Sequence record: CM063639.1
Strand: one strand, 5' to 3'
DNA length: 32,000 nucleotides
Of this stretch, positions 1 through 8,996 are shown in pieces. Each line of letters starts with the position of its first letter. Position 1 is the first letter of the stretch. Under the pieces are notes generated by a model that had not been told where the DNA came from, made no database searches, and saw only the letters and a list, made by a program, of their open reading frames with translations. Position numbers and translations under genes: made by a program.

Positions 1-108
1 TAGCAAAGCTAGCTACAGGCTTGCTTTGCTAGTACAAGTACAAATTTTAATAAAACAAAATAACGTAAACTTAATTATAGAATTTAAAGTCAACATTTTT
101 TGAAAATA

Positions 109-930
109 TTATACATTAATTTCCCCATTAAAAATCCAAACTTTTATTCCTAATATTCCATAAATAGTTTTTGCAATTTTATAAGAATAATCAATATCTG
201 ATCTTAAAGTTTGCAAAGGAACTCGTCCTTCACGAATCCATTCAGTCCTTGCAATTTCGGCGCCATTTAAACGGCCAGCAATTTGAATTTTTAATCCTTT
301 TACACCTGCTCTTTGACAACGCCGAACAGCTTGTCTCATTGCTAATCTAAAGCTACCTCGTTTTTCTAATTGTTCAACTAAAAAATCTGCTACAAAATTT
401 GCTTTCGTGTCTGGGTTAGGCAATTTTATTACATGAATCGCAATTTTAACTGAATTTATGTTTATTGGTGGTTGAGATTGATTATTGACATTTAATTTTG
501 TATTTTTATTAATTTTAGAAGGTTGTAAAATAAACTGCGAATTAGACTTCCCGATATTTTTAGAACAAGCAAGTTTGCTTTGTAATTGAAATTGAGAAAA
601 AGTTGCAATATTTAAAACATTAAAATTTTTAAAACGGTATATTTTTAATTTACTTTCCAGCAACTTTCGAATATTTTCTAAATTTTTTCTATCACGACCA
701 ATTAAAATACCGGTACGTGCGGCTCGAATTTCAATTTTTATTTGGTTTAATTTTCTTTGAATTTCAATGCTTTCAATTCCAGCATCAAAAAACTTTTCAA
801 TAAGAATTTTGCGTAAAAAATGATCTTCCACTACTAATTGAGGATATTTATTTGTCTTAGCAAACCACTGAGATTTATGTTTTTTGGTAACACCAAGACG
901 AAATCCAAGAGGATGAATTTTTTGTCCCAT
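109..930 (-). CDS. rps3: ribosomal protein S3
   Basis: 273 aa ORF with ATG start and TAA stop. The N-terminus [13 protein letters not shown] and C-terminal [37 protein letters not shown] match the S3 KH and C-terminal domains. It carries an N/K/Q/S-rich insertion between the two domains (about 450-650). Confidence 0.95.
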   Translation of the reverse strand: MGQKIHPLGFRLGVTKKHKSQWFAKTNKYPQLVVEDHFLRKILIEKFFDAGIESIEIQRKLNQIKIEIRAARTGILIGRDRKNLENIRKLLESKLKIYRFKNFNVLNIATFSQFQLQSKLACSKNIGKSNSQFILQPSKINKNTKLNVNNQSQPPININSVKIAIHVIKLPNPDTKANFVADFLVEQLEKRGSFRLAMRQAVRRCQRAGVKGLKIQIAGRLNGAEIARTEWIREGRVPLQTLRSDIDYSYKIAKTIYGILGIKVWIFNGEINV

Positions 931-1027
931 ACAGTTATAAAGTTTTTTTAATAAATTTTTATTTTTTTAAATAAAATATAATGTTCCTAAGAAAACAAGC
1001 TTTGCTTGTTTTCAAAGGTTCTCCGAA

Positions 1028-1069
1028 CCCTTGCTTTGTTATAAAAACTTCGTTTTTATTAGCAAAGGG
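1028..1069. repeat. SDR family L: about 42 nt, cccttgctttgttataaaaac-ttc-gtttttattagcaaaggg
   Basis: Examples: 1028-1069, 6910-6943, 13776-13816, 14426-14467, 15485-15527, 15736-15776, 18303-18346, 9352-9393, 12256-12297. The outer flanks ttgctaat / ataacaaagcaa occur in both arrangements. Confidence 0.75.
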
Positions 1070-1268
1070 CAGTAAGACAAAACGTTTTCTAAGAAAACCT
1101 GACATACAACAAAGTTGTATGTTTCGAAGTTTTTATTAGCAAACGGGAAGTTGTATGTTCCGTTGTCAGTAAATAAAGCTTTGCTTTATTTACAGGTTAT
1201 AAAAACGTTTTCGAGGAAAACCTGACCTCCAACAAAGTTGTATGTTTGAAAGTTTTTAGTAGCAAATG

Positions 1269-1329
1269 GGTAAGCAACTATTGTACAAACGAAGTTTGTA
1301 CAATAATTACTAACCTTACTTCGTTAGGC
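1269..1329 (+). repeat. SDR family B copy (61 nt), core isoform 1 (C / cgaag / A)
   Basis: ggtaagcaaCtattgtacaaacGAAGtttgtacaataAttactaaccttacttcgttaggc. Confidence 0.92.
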
Positions 1330-1406
1330 CTTTGTTGGATAAACGAAGTTTTATCTTACTTCAGGCTTTGCTTTGCTAGAAGTTTTGTGGAACAAAGGCA
1401 AATTTA

Positions 1407-1685
1407 TTATCGTCGTAATTTCTTATCTTTTTTAATATGACCTCGAAAAGTTCGGGTAGGAGAAAACTCTCCTAATTTGTGCCCAACCATTTGATCTGTA
1501 ACAAAAATTGGAATATGTTCACGACCATTATATACTGCAATTGTATGACTAATCATAATTGGTACAATAGTTGAAGCTCGAGACCATGTTAATATAACTT
1601 TTTTTTCTCCTATTTTATTTAATTTTTCAATTTTTTTTAAAAGATGGTCTGCAACAAAAGGACCTTTTTTTAATGAACGAGACAT
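1407..1685 (-). CDS. rps19: ribosomal protein S19
   Basis: 92 aa ORF with ATG start and TAA stop. [11 protein letters not shown]...[36 protein letters not shown] is the canonical S19 sequence. It lies between rpl2 and rps3 as in the S10-type cluster. Confidence 0.97.
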   Translation of the reverse strand: MSRSLKKGPFVADHLLKKIEKLNKIGEKKVILTWSRASTIVPIMISHTIAVYNGREHIPIFVTDQMVGHKLGEFSPTRTFRGHIKKDKKLRR

Positions 1686-1881
1686 GAAGAATTTTCCTTT
1701 TTAAAAATATTGTATATTTGTATTAAAACAATGTGATTATTTCAGCTTTTCTTTAAGAAAATAATTTAAGCTTGCAACAAGTTTATATTTATAAGCTTGC
1801 TTGCTTCGCTTATATTTTTCTTTGTAATAAAAACGAAGTTTTTATAACAAAGCAAGCGACAAAGTTAAAATATTAGCAAAG

Positions 1882-1942
1882 GGTAAGCAACTATTGTACA
1901 AACGAAGTTTGTACAATAATTGCTAACCTTACTTCGTTAGGC
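1882..1942 (+). repeat. SDR family B copy, core isoform 1
   Basis: ggtaagcaaCtattgtacaaacGAAGtttgtacaataAttgctaaccttacttcgttaggc. Confidence 0.92.
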
Positions 1943-1947
1943 CTTTA

Positions 1948-2057
1948 CTAGCAAAGTTAGCTTCAGACTTGTTTTGCTAGTAAATAAAGTTTGCTTTATT
2001 TACTAGCAAAGCTAGCTTCAGACTTATTTTGTTAGTAAATAAAGTTTGCTTTATTTA
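1948..2057. repeat. tandem duplication, 2 x 55 bp (family A + family F unit)
   Basis: Units are 1948-2002 and 2003-2057, with 5 substitutions between them. The last 7 nt overlap the rpl2 stop codon and final Lys codon. Confidence 0.9.
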
Positions 2058-2878
2058 CGTTTTCGTAAAATTAATGAGTTACTATATTTTTTAGATTTTC
2101 GAGTTCGTTGACCTAAAGCTGGTCTACCCCAAGGCGTTACTGGATGTGATCTTCCAATTGGAGCACGGCCTTCCCCGCCGCCGTGCGGGTGATCTACTGG
2201 ATTCATAACAACTCCACGAACAGTGGGTCGCTTCCCTAACCATCGTGTTCGGCCAGCTTTGCCTAATGTAAGGTTAACAAAATCTATATTGCCTACTTGC
2301 CCAATACTTGCCCAACAATTTTTTGATACAAGACGTATTTCACCTGAAGGTAGTCTAAGAGTAACAAATTTACCTTGTTTGGCTACTAATTGTGCAACAG
2401 TTCCAGCAGCTCTTGCTAATTGACCACCTGATCCTGGATAAAGTTCAATATTATGAACTTGGATTCCTAATGGCATATTTGAAAGAGGTAATGCATTTCC
2501 TATAACAATTGGAGCATTTATATCAGCAATAATGGTTTCGCCTAATTTAAGTCCATGCGGATAAAGAATATATTTCTTATCTCCATCTTGATAATGAAGT
2601 AAAGCAATTCTCGAATTTCTATTTGGATCGTATTCAATTGTAACAACTTTTCCGGCTATTCCTAATTTATTTCTTTTGAAATCTATTTCTCGATATAATT
2701 TTTTATGACCTCCACCACGGTGTCGACTTGTAATAATACCTCTATTATTTCGTCCTTTTGCTTGGTGAATTCGAGATGTTAAGGATTTTTCTGGTTTTAT
2801 TTTTGAAATACCGCTAAAATTAGATACAGAGCGATTTCGTGTACCTGGGGTATAAGCTTGATAATTGCGAATACTCAT
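2051..2878 (-). CDS. rpl2: ribosomal protein L2 (no intron)
   Basis: 275 aa ORF with ATG start and TAA stop. L2 motifs are present: [17 protein letters not shown] and [20 protein letters not shown]. Confidence 0.98.
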   Translation of the reverse strand: MSIRNYQAYTPGTRNRSVSNFSGISKIKPEKSLTSRIHQAKGRNNRGIITSRHRGGGHKKLYREIDFKRNKLGIAGKVVTIEYDPNRNSRIALLHYQDGDKKYILYPHGLKLGETIIADINAPIVIGNALPLSNMPLGIQVHNIELYPGSGGQLARAAGTVAQLVAKQGKFVTLRLPSGEIRLVSKNCWASIGQVGNIDFVNLTLGKAGRTRWLGKRPTVRGVVMNPVDHPHGGGEGRAPIGRSHPVTPWGRPALGQRTRKSKKYSNSLILRKRK

Positions 2879-3025
2879 AATTAGTTAATAAAATTTACAG
2901 TATATAATATGTTTTTCTATTGAATTTTTAAATAAATGTTTTTTTAATTCTAATTTAGTATTGAATAGCGAAACAAAACTGAAGTTATTTGTACGTAAAC
3001 AAATTTAACCTTTAATTATTTACTA

Positions 3026-3076
3026 ATGAACCCCTTGGTTTGAAAAAACGGAGTTTTTTCTTAGGCTCGTCCCTGC
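3026..3076 (+). repeat. SDR family K: about 51-55 nt element with GC-rich flanks, aatgaaccccttggtttgaaaaaac-gga-gttttttcttaggctcgtccctgc
   Basis: Full copies are at 3026-3076, 20516-20570 (loop tcc instead of gga) and 20793-20847. A fragment in the opposite orientation is at 6883-6912, with a trace near 27176-27190. Confidence 0.85.
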
Positions 3077-3290
3077 TAAGTAGCTGAAAAAATAAAGTTT
3101 TTTTATCAACTCGTTATTTTTTCTTAAATAATAAAAATTTTGCAACTAGTTTGTTTTTTGTACAAATTTTTCTAAACTACCTTTGTTAGACAAAACGTTT
3201 TTGCTTTGCTACTATTTCAATTTTGTTGAAATATAAATCAATAATACACAAAAACAAAATTTTTGTGTGGCTAACAAGTTTGCTTTTGTT

Positions 3291-3321
3291 AGATAAAACG
3301 AAGTTTTATCTTACTGCAGGC
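3291..3321. repeat. SDR family O: agataaaac-gaa-gttttatcttactgcaggc
   Basis: Examples: 1338-1366 and 3291-3321. Variants are near 6973-7005, 16561-16590, 24138-24160 and 26755-26782. Confidence 0.65.
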
Positions 3322-3355
3322 TTGTCAATAAAAAACAAAGTTTTTTATAGGCTAG
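3320..3355 (+). repeat. SDR family D: about 36 nt, gcttgtcaataaaaaac-aaa-gttttttataggctag
   Basis: Copies: 3320-3355, 4026-4062, 4538-4573, 11863-11898, 12092-12128, 14362-14397, 15423-15457, 16716-16753, 20470-20508, 20733-20769 (symmetrised form), 21893-21928, 24009-24043, 29979-30014, 30779-30813. Confidence 0.88.
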
Positions 3356-3464
3356 TACTTGTACAAACTTATTTAAAATTTAAATTTTTTTTATTAGTAA
3401 ATAAATAATAAGAACTAATCTTATTTAGTTATATTACTTTGACGCAAAATATTGAATTTAAAAA

Positions 3465-3758
3465 CTAGTTAGTTTTTTCAGTTTCTGGAAGCAAAGGAAT
3501 AGCATCACCCGATTTTAAAGTAATAATAACTCGTTTATAACGCGCTTTATACCCTTTTGATGACCCTAAAGCTTTTTTTTTTCTTGGCGGTCTATGAGTA
3601 TTAACAGCAATAACATTTACTTGAAATAAATCTTGAATTAATTTTTTAATCTGTAATTTATTTAACTTTAAATCTACATCAAAAGTATACTGAGCATTTT
3701 CAATTAATAAAACAGATTTTTCTGTTAAAACAGGATATTTAACTAAATCAATTATCAT
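3465..3758 (-). CDS. rpl23: ribosomal protein L23
   Basis: 97 aa ORF with ATG start and TAG stop. L23-like sequence YPVLTEKS...YTFDVD......VNT...P.KKK..G...G....YKRVIITLK. It lies upstream of rpl2 on the same strand. Confidence 0.9.
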   Translation of the reverse strand: MIIDLVKYPVLTEKSVLLIENAQYTFDVDLKLNKLQIKKLIQDLFQVNVIAVNTHRPPRKKKALGSSKGYKARYKRVIITLKSGDAIPLLPETEKTN

Positions 3759-4166
3759 AGGTTACATTTTTATAAAAATTTTTAATACTTTATTATTTTA
3801 TTATTTTGTTTTTTAAATAAAGTATTAAAGGTATGAGTTTTAAAAAAGCTATATTTATATGACAAAATAAAGTTGAAAAAATAAAATAAAAGCTTTCAAC
3901 AAATTTGCGTTTGTTAAACAAAACTTTGTTTTGTCTTACTTTTTTTGTTAATAAAGACTTCCAAACATACAACTTTGTTGTATGTCAGGTTTTCTTCGAA
4001 AACGTTTTTATAACAAAGAAAAAAAGCTTGTCAATAAAAAAACAAGGTTTTTTATAGGCTAGCACAAGTACAAATTTTTTCTTAAAAGATTTTGTTTAAA
4101 AAAAGTGATAAATTGTTTAAAAAATAATTTTTTAATTACTTAAGAAAAATAAAAATTTTGCCTTTG

Positions 4167-4199
4167 CTAGCAAAGCTAGCTTCAGGCTTGCTTTGCTAG
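4167..4199 (+). repeat. SDR family A: 33 nt hairpin ctagcaaagc-tagcttcaggctt-gctttgctag (10 bp stem, 13 nt loop)
   Basis: At least 13 intergenic copies. Copies with loop tagctNcaggctt: 1-32, 1948-1980, 2003-2035, 4167-4199, 4643-4675, 9460-9492, 11090-11122, 15381-15413. Copies with the loop reverse-complemented: 9184-9216, 9277-9309, 10810-10842, 12157-12189, 18233-18264. A short-loop variant is at 18489-18511 and 30853-30875. Confidence 0.9.
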
Positions 4200-4543
4200 T
4201 AATTAAAATTTTTATTTTATTATCTTAAGTTAAAAAGCTATATTAGTTTTTTAAAATTTAGAACTAAACAGAAGTTTAATATCACCAAATTAGTTTTATA
4301 TAGTTCTATTTTTATTTTTAAAAGTTTAATTAAATTGATTAAATTTTTACTTATATTTAGTATAAGATTTAATACCATAAAAATTTTTTATTTTTCATCT
4401 TACTTGGCTAAATAAAATAGCTACTAAAAAATTTTTTAATATTTAATAAAAATAAACAAGTAAATCAATAAAATTTAAAAAAATTCAGCCTCATAATTAA
4501 ATAGTTTTTTTTCTCTTCAAAATTTCAACAAGTATTAGCCTAT

Positions 4544-4619
4544 GAAAAAACCTTGTTTTTTTATTGACAAACCTAAAGTAAGAAAAAACCTTGTTTTTTT
4601 ATTGACAAACCTAAAGTAA
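4544..4619. repeat. tandem duplication, 2 x 38 bp (family D-derived unit)
   Basis: gaaaaaaccttgtttttttattgacaaacctaaagtaa occurs at 4544-4581 and again at 4582-4619, identical. Confidence 0.9.
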
Positions 4620-4828
4620 GAGAAAATTTTGTTTTGCCTTTGCTAGCAAAGCTAGCTTCAGGCTTGCTTTGCTAGTCCAACAAAGGCAAACTTCTTCCTA
4701 AGAAAACAAGTTTTGCTTGTTTTCTTTTTGCTAATATATCAACAAACTTGAACTCTAAACAAACTAAGATAAGATTAAAAAAATTTTTTCTACTAATTTA
4801 ATCTAATTGAATTAGTAGAAAGCAAAAC

Positions 4829-4889
4829 GGTAAGCAATTATTGTACAAACTTCGTTTGTACAATAGTTGCCAACCTTACTTCGTTAGGC
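4829..4889 (+). repeat. SDR family B copy, core isoform 2 (T / cttcg / G)
   Basis: ggtaagcaaTtattgtacaaacTTCGtttgtacaataGttgccaaccttacttcgttaggc. Confidence 0.92.
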
Positions 4890-4973
4890 GTTTGCTAGCA
4901 TTCGCTGGCAAATTTTATTGTTTTAAAATTGAATTATTATAATTTTTAATGTAATATGAACAATTAAAAATTT

Positions 4974-5984
4974 TTATTCAATCATACTATGATAAGTTGC
5001 AACTGTTGAAGGAGAAATTTTATTTAAGTATCTAAAAATCCAATATTTAAAAATAGTATCTAATAATACAGGAAAACTAGCTACAAATAAAAATACAAAA
5101 TCTTTGTTTTCAGGAAATCCAAAATGTCTTAAAAATAGTTCTAAACAAATTTCCCACCCACGAGGTGAATGAAAGCCTACTAATAAATCTGTTCCCAGAA
5201 TTAAAAGAAATGATTTTTTTGTATCATTGAGACTATAAATAGATTCAGTAAGAAAAGATTTTAAAATAATAATTTCCGGTTTCATATAGATAACTAATAA
5301 ACTAATTACTATGAATGTAACAAAATCACCAACTAAATTAGTTAATGCTAAAATACTTTGATGATTATAATAAACAGCTAGTTCTATCATTTTATGTTGA
5401 AGCCGTTGTTGAATAATTTCTTTTGTCTTTTCCTTATTTTCAATATTCGTATTATCTATGCTCAATAAATGGAAATATGATTTATTTAAAAAAGATTTAT
5501 GATTCAATGATTCAATCAATTTATAAGAATACTTTGAATATTTTTCATTTACCGTAATTTTATTTTTCTCATAAACTCTAGCTTCAGTTTTATTTATAGG
5601 CAAATCAAAAAAGTTAGTACCAAGAGGTTTTTCTATATCGGTAAGTAAATAGTCAAAATAAAGTTTTTCTTGGAATTTTTGTAATTCATGAAATGCACGT
5701 TCTTGTTGGTAAGAGTTTAAAAAAATTTCAGGTTGTTGGCTATTCCACAAATTTTCTGTCACTGGTATTAATAGAAAATTTTTTAATAAATAGTTAATTA
5801 GTAATGGTATAAAAATTAAATTTGTTAAACATTTTATAGACACTAAAAACTGATATCTTGAGATTCGAAATTCTTGAATAATTAATTTTTGAGTTTCTGG
5901 AACTAATTGTTTTCGAAATCTATCAAAAGTTCGAATAATAGATCTTGGAATTAATCCAGTTTGTTCAACCGCTTTTTTTGCCAT
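4974..5984 (-). CDS. cemA: chloroplast envelope membrane protein CemA (ycf10)
   Basis: 336 aa ORF with ATG start and TAA stop. The N-terminal LIPRSIIRTFDRF..EFRISRYQ and C-terminal GFHSPRGWEI..ELFLRHFGFPENKDFVFLFVASFPVLLDTIFKYWIFRYLNKISPSTVATYHSM are CemA hallmarks. The central region is expanded. Confidence 0.92.
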   Translation of the reverse strand: MAKKAVEQTGLIPRSIIRTFDRFRKQLVPETQKLIIQEFRISRYQFLVSIKCLTNLIFIPLLINYLLKNFLLIPVTENLWNSQQPEIFLNSYQQERAFHELQKFQEKLYFDYLLTDIEKPLGTNFFDLPINKTEARVYEKNKITVNEKYSKYSYKLIESLNHKSFLNKSYFHLLSIDNTNIENKEKTKEIIQQRLQHKMIELAVYYNHQSILALTNLVGDFVTFIVISLLVIYMKPEIIILKSFLTESIYSLNDTKKSFLLILGTDLLVGFHSPRGWEICLELFLRHFGFPENKDFVFLFVASFPVLLDTIFKYWIFRYLNKISPSTVATYHSMIE

Positions 5985-6532
5985 ATTTTTTTTTGAATTT
6001 TAATATAAAATTAAATGTTTAAAAATTTTTTTTCTTTTTTTTCTCGAGTGCATCTATAGCAAAGTTTATTTACTGACAAAGGTTTGTAAAACCTTGTCTT
6101 GCTTTATTTGTAGTTTAACAAAGTTGAAATATTAGCAAAAAGAAAACAATTTAAACTTGCAACAAATTTGTATTTTTACACATTTTCTTAAGGTTTAAAT
6201 AAATTTAACTTGTTTTTTTCTAAACTTTCTGTTACTTTAATTATAACTCTATATTAAAACAAAAAAAATAATTTACTTGCTATTTATTCAAATAAAAATA
6301 CAACAAAACTTAGTTTGTTAACAAATCAAGTCGATGCAAGGTGTTTCAATAAATAATAATTACTAATACAAATTTAATTTTTATAAGCAAAAAAATTAGA
6401 AAATAAAATTCAAGTATTTTTAAAATTTAAAAATATTTATAGATTTAATAAATAAACTGAATTTTATTTAAAAAAAAATTTTTTGTAAAAAAATAAAAAA
6501 TATAATAAATTTATTTTAAGTAGATATATAAA

Positions 6533-6606
6533 GGGTGTGTAGCTCAGTGGACTAGAGCACGTGGCTACGAACCACGGTGTCGGGGGTTCGAATCCCTCCT
6601 CGCTCA
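6533..6606 (+). tRNA. trnR-ACG: tRNA-Arg (anticodon ACG)
   Basis: The 74 nt sequence was folded by hand into a cloverleaf. It has a TA-GCTC/GAGC D arm, a CGTGG/CCACG anticodon stem with loop CTACGAA, and a GGGGG-TTCGAAT-CCCTC T arm. The acceptor stem GGGTGTG/CTCGCTC is weak (4 Watson-Crick pairs, 2 G-U, 1 U-U). Confidence 0.85.
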
Positions 6607-7178
6607 ATTAAAATTTATTTTTGTGTCTTAAATTTTATTAATAATTTATAAATAAAGAATAAATTTGGAATTTTTTTACTATATATTTGTTTTAATACAA
6701 GTTGTATAAATTATTTTATTTATTTATTATATATTTTATATATAATATAATTTATACTAATTATCAGGAATAAAAGAAAAAAAGTAAAAAATTTCATTCT
6801 CAAAACTTACATTTTTTTTAGACACAACGAAATTTAGTTTTACTACAAGTTTGCTTTGCTTTTTTACTAATATTTCAATTTTGCAGGGACGAGCCCCTGC
6901 TAAGGGGTCGCTTGCTTTGTTATAAAAACTTCGTTTTTATTAGAAAAAAAGAATATAAATTTGGCTTTGTTAGGTTAAATTTAGTTTTATCTTACTGCAG
7001 GCTTGCTTTGCTCGTAAAGAAAGCAAAGCTTTATTTACTGACAAGAGTTCGTATAACTTTTGAAAACAAGCAAAACTTGTTTTCTTAAACACAAATTTGT
7101 AGTTGTATAAATGTTAGTAATCAAATTTTATCAATTACCAATAACTTTGTATTTATCAAAATTGATTTACAAATCAAC

Positions 7179-7207
7179 AATACACAAAAATGAAATTTTT
7201 GTGTATT
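7179..7207. repeat. SDR family H: hairpin aatacacaaaaat-gaa-atttttgtgtatt
   Basis: Copies or variants: 3241-3270, 7179-7207, 11124-11155, 13828-13858, 18096-18121, 20368-20413, 21253-21283, 30165-30193. Confidence 0.75.
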
Positions 7208-7370
7208 AAGGTTATTTTTTTTTTACTTTTAGGGTAGTTATTATTAAAACAAGTTTATAACAAAATTGTATATAATCTTTTTTTTTAAAAGAACCTTTAG
7301 AAAAACTAAAATTGCTTTAAATGAAAATTAATTGTTTAATAAATGTATAAAAATAAATTTTTTTAAAAAA

Positions 7371-7420
7371 GTACTATTTAAACAAGTACTATTTAAACAA
7401 GTACTATTTAAACAAGTATT
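7371..7420. repeat. tandem repeat, 15 bp x about 3.3 (gtactatttaaacaa)
   Basis: Units are 7371-7385, 7386-7400 and 7401-7415, plus a partial unit. It generates the VLFKQ x3 in spurious ORF 7332..7532. Confidence 0.9.
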
Positions 7421-7751
7421 AATCACCTTTTTTATTAATTGCTTTTCCACAAATTTTAATTTTACTGATATAAACTTTTATTTTATAACTAGTTATTCAA
7501 TAAGGTATTTAACAACACTACTTTATAATTAAAAAATGCAGTTATAAAGTTTTAACTATAAACAAGATAATTTGTATAGTAAAAATGACGACTTTTTTGA
7601 AAAAGATTTTCATTATTATAAAAAAATAAAAAATGTAAATTGAAAATTTTATTAGCAAAGGCCAATGAAGTAAGTTGTCAGCAACTTACTTGTTAGTTGC
7701 TGTGCTACAAATTTATCTAAATCAAGTTATTAACTAATTAATTATAATTTT

Positions 7752-8612
7752 ATGAATTCTTCCATTTCAATTAAAAATTTAAATTCAAACACTTCTTCTA
7801 ATTCAATACTGTCTAGAGTTATTGTAATTACATCTGGAAAAGGAGGAGTTGGTAAAACTACTGCTACAGCAAATTTGGGTATGTCAATTGCCCGTCTAGG
7901 TTATAAAGTAACTTTAATCGATGCAGATATCGGTCTAAGAAATTTAGATTTATTATTAGGGTTAGAAAATAGAGTTTTATATACAGCCATGGATGTTCTT
8001 CAAGGAGAATGTAGATTAGACCAAGCTTTAATTAAAGATAAACGACAAAAAAATTTAACTTTATTAAGCATTTCGAAAAATCGACAAAAATATAATATTA
8101 CTCGCAAAAATATGGAAAATTTTATAAAGTCGATTAGCTCACTAGGGTATCATTTTATTTTAATTGATTGCCCAGCTGGGATTGATATTGGTTTTATTAA
8201 TGCAATCTCTCCTGCTGATGAGGCTTTAATTATTACTACTCCTGAAATTACAGCAATTCGGGATGCAGATAGAGTAGCAGGACTATTAGAAGCTAATGGA
8301 ATATATAACGTAAAATTATTAGTAAATAGAGTCAGACCTGAAATGATTCAAAAAAATGATATGATGTCAGTGAAAGATGTTCAAGAAATGCTTGGTATTC
8401 CTTTACTTGGCGCAATTCCTGAAGACAATAATGTTATTATTTCAACAAATCGGGGGGAACCATTAGTTTTAAAAAAAAAACTTACTTTGTCTGGTATTGC
8501 TTTTGAAAACGCCGCTAGAAGATTAATTGGAAAGCAAGATTATTTTATTGACTTAAAGTCGCCTTATAAAGGTCTACTTCAAAAAATACAAAATTTTTTT
8601 ATAGAAAATTAA
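7752..8612 (+). CDS. minD: septum-site determining ATPase MinD
   Basis: 286 aa ORF with ATG start and TAA stop. It has the deviant Walker A motif VITSGKGGVGKTT, then LIDADIGLRNLDLLLGLENR and DCPAGI. The S/N-rich N-terminal leader of about 22 aa is typical for plastid MinD. Confidence 0.96.
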   Translation: MNSSISIKNLNSNTSSNSILSRVIVITSGKGGVGKTTATANLGMSIARLGYKVTLIDADIGLRNLDLLLGLENRVLYTAMDVLQGECRLDQALIKDKRQKNLTLLSISKNRQKYNITRKNMENFIKSISSLGYHFILIDCPAGIDIGFINAISPADEALIITTPEITAIRDADRVAGLLEANGIYNVKLLVNRVRPEMIQKNDMMSVKDVQEMLGIPLLGAIPEDNNVIISTNRGEPLVLKKKLTLSGIAFENAARRLIGKQDYFIDLKSPYKGLLQKIQNFFIEN

Positions 8613-8923
8613 TATTTAAAGTATTTCAATATAAAACTCTAATTTGACGAACATTTGTTTCTTCTTTAAAAAAGAATTTATGCTTATTTCGTAGTAACAA
8701 AGCAAATTTGCAGTAAAACAAAACGAATTTTTGTCAAACAAAATGTTTTTTTAAATATAATTTAAATATTATTTAAACAAATTTAATTAGTTAAAGTAAA
8801 AAAAATTGTTTATAAAAGTATTTGAATAAAAATATTTTAAGTTTGTATTTTTCACCACATTCAAATTTATCTGACAAAACTTCAACTTACTAAAAACATC
8901 TTAATTGTATTTATACTCAGTAA

Positions 8924-8996
8924 AGCCTACTATCGGAATCGAACCGATAACTTTCGATTTACAAAAACGATACTCTACCGATTGAGTTAAGCAGGC
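8924..8996 (-). tRNA. trnT-UGU: tRNA-Thr (anticodon UGU)
   Basis: The reverse complement is GCCTGCTTAACTCAATCGGTAGAGTATCGTTTTTGTAAATCGAAAGTTATCGGTTCGATTCCGATAGTAGGCT. The acceptor stem is GCCTGCT/AGTAGGC, the T arm is ATCGG-TTCGATT-CCGAT and the anticodon loop is TTTGTAA. There is one U-U mismatch in the anticodon stem. Confidence 0.88.

Noticed and set aside
931-1406. A possible rpl22 pseudogene in the rps19-rps3 spacer.
   Set aside because: The whole interval is accounted for by families E, L, C, F, B, O and A. No frame shows L22-like residues.
1246-1440. 64 aa ORF on the plus strand between rps3 and rps19.
   Set aside because: It lies entirely in family C, B and O repeat copies and runs into the 3' end of rps19 on the opposite strand. 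It resembles no plastid protein I recognise, and its peptide is just translated repeat.
3026-3076. Family K as a tRNA-like or other known ncRNA gene, because of its GC-rich blocks and internal hairpin.
   Set aside because: No cloverleaf can be drawn and there are no T-loop or D-loop consensus sequences. The triloop is found in both orientations, which is hard to reconcile with a strand-specific RNA gene. I kept it as a repeat family only.
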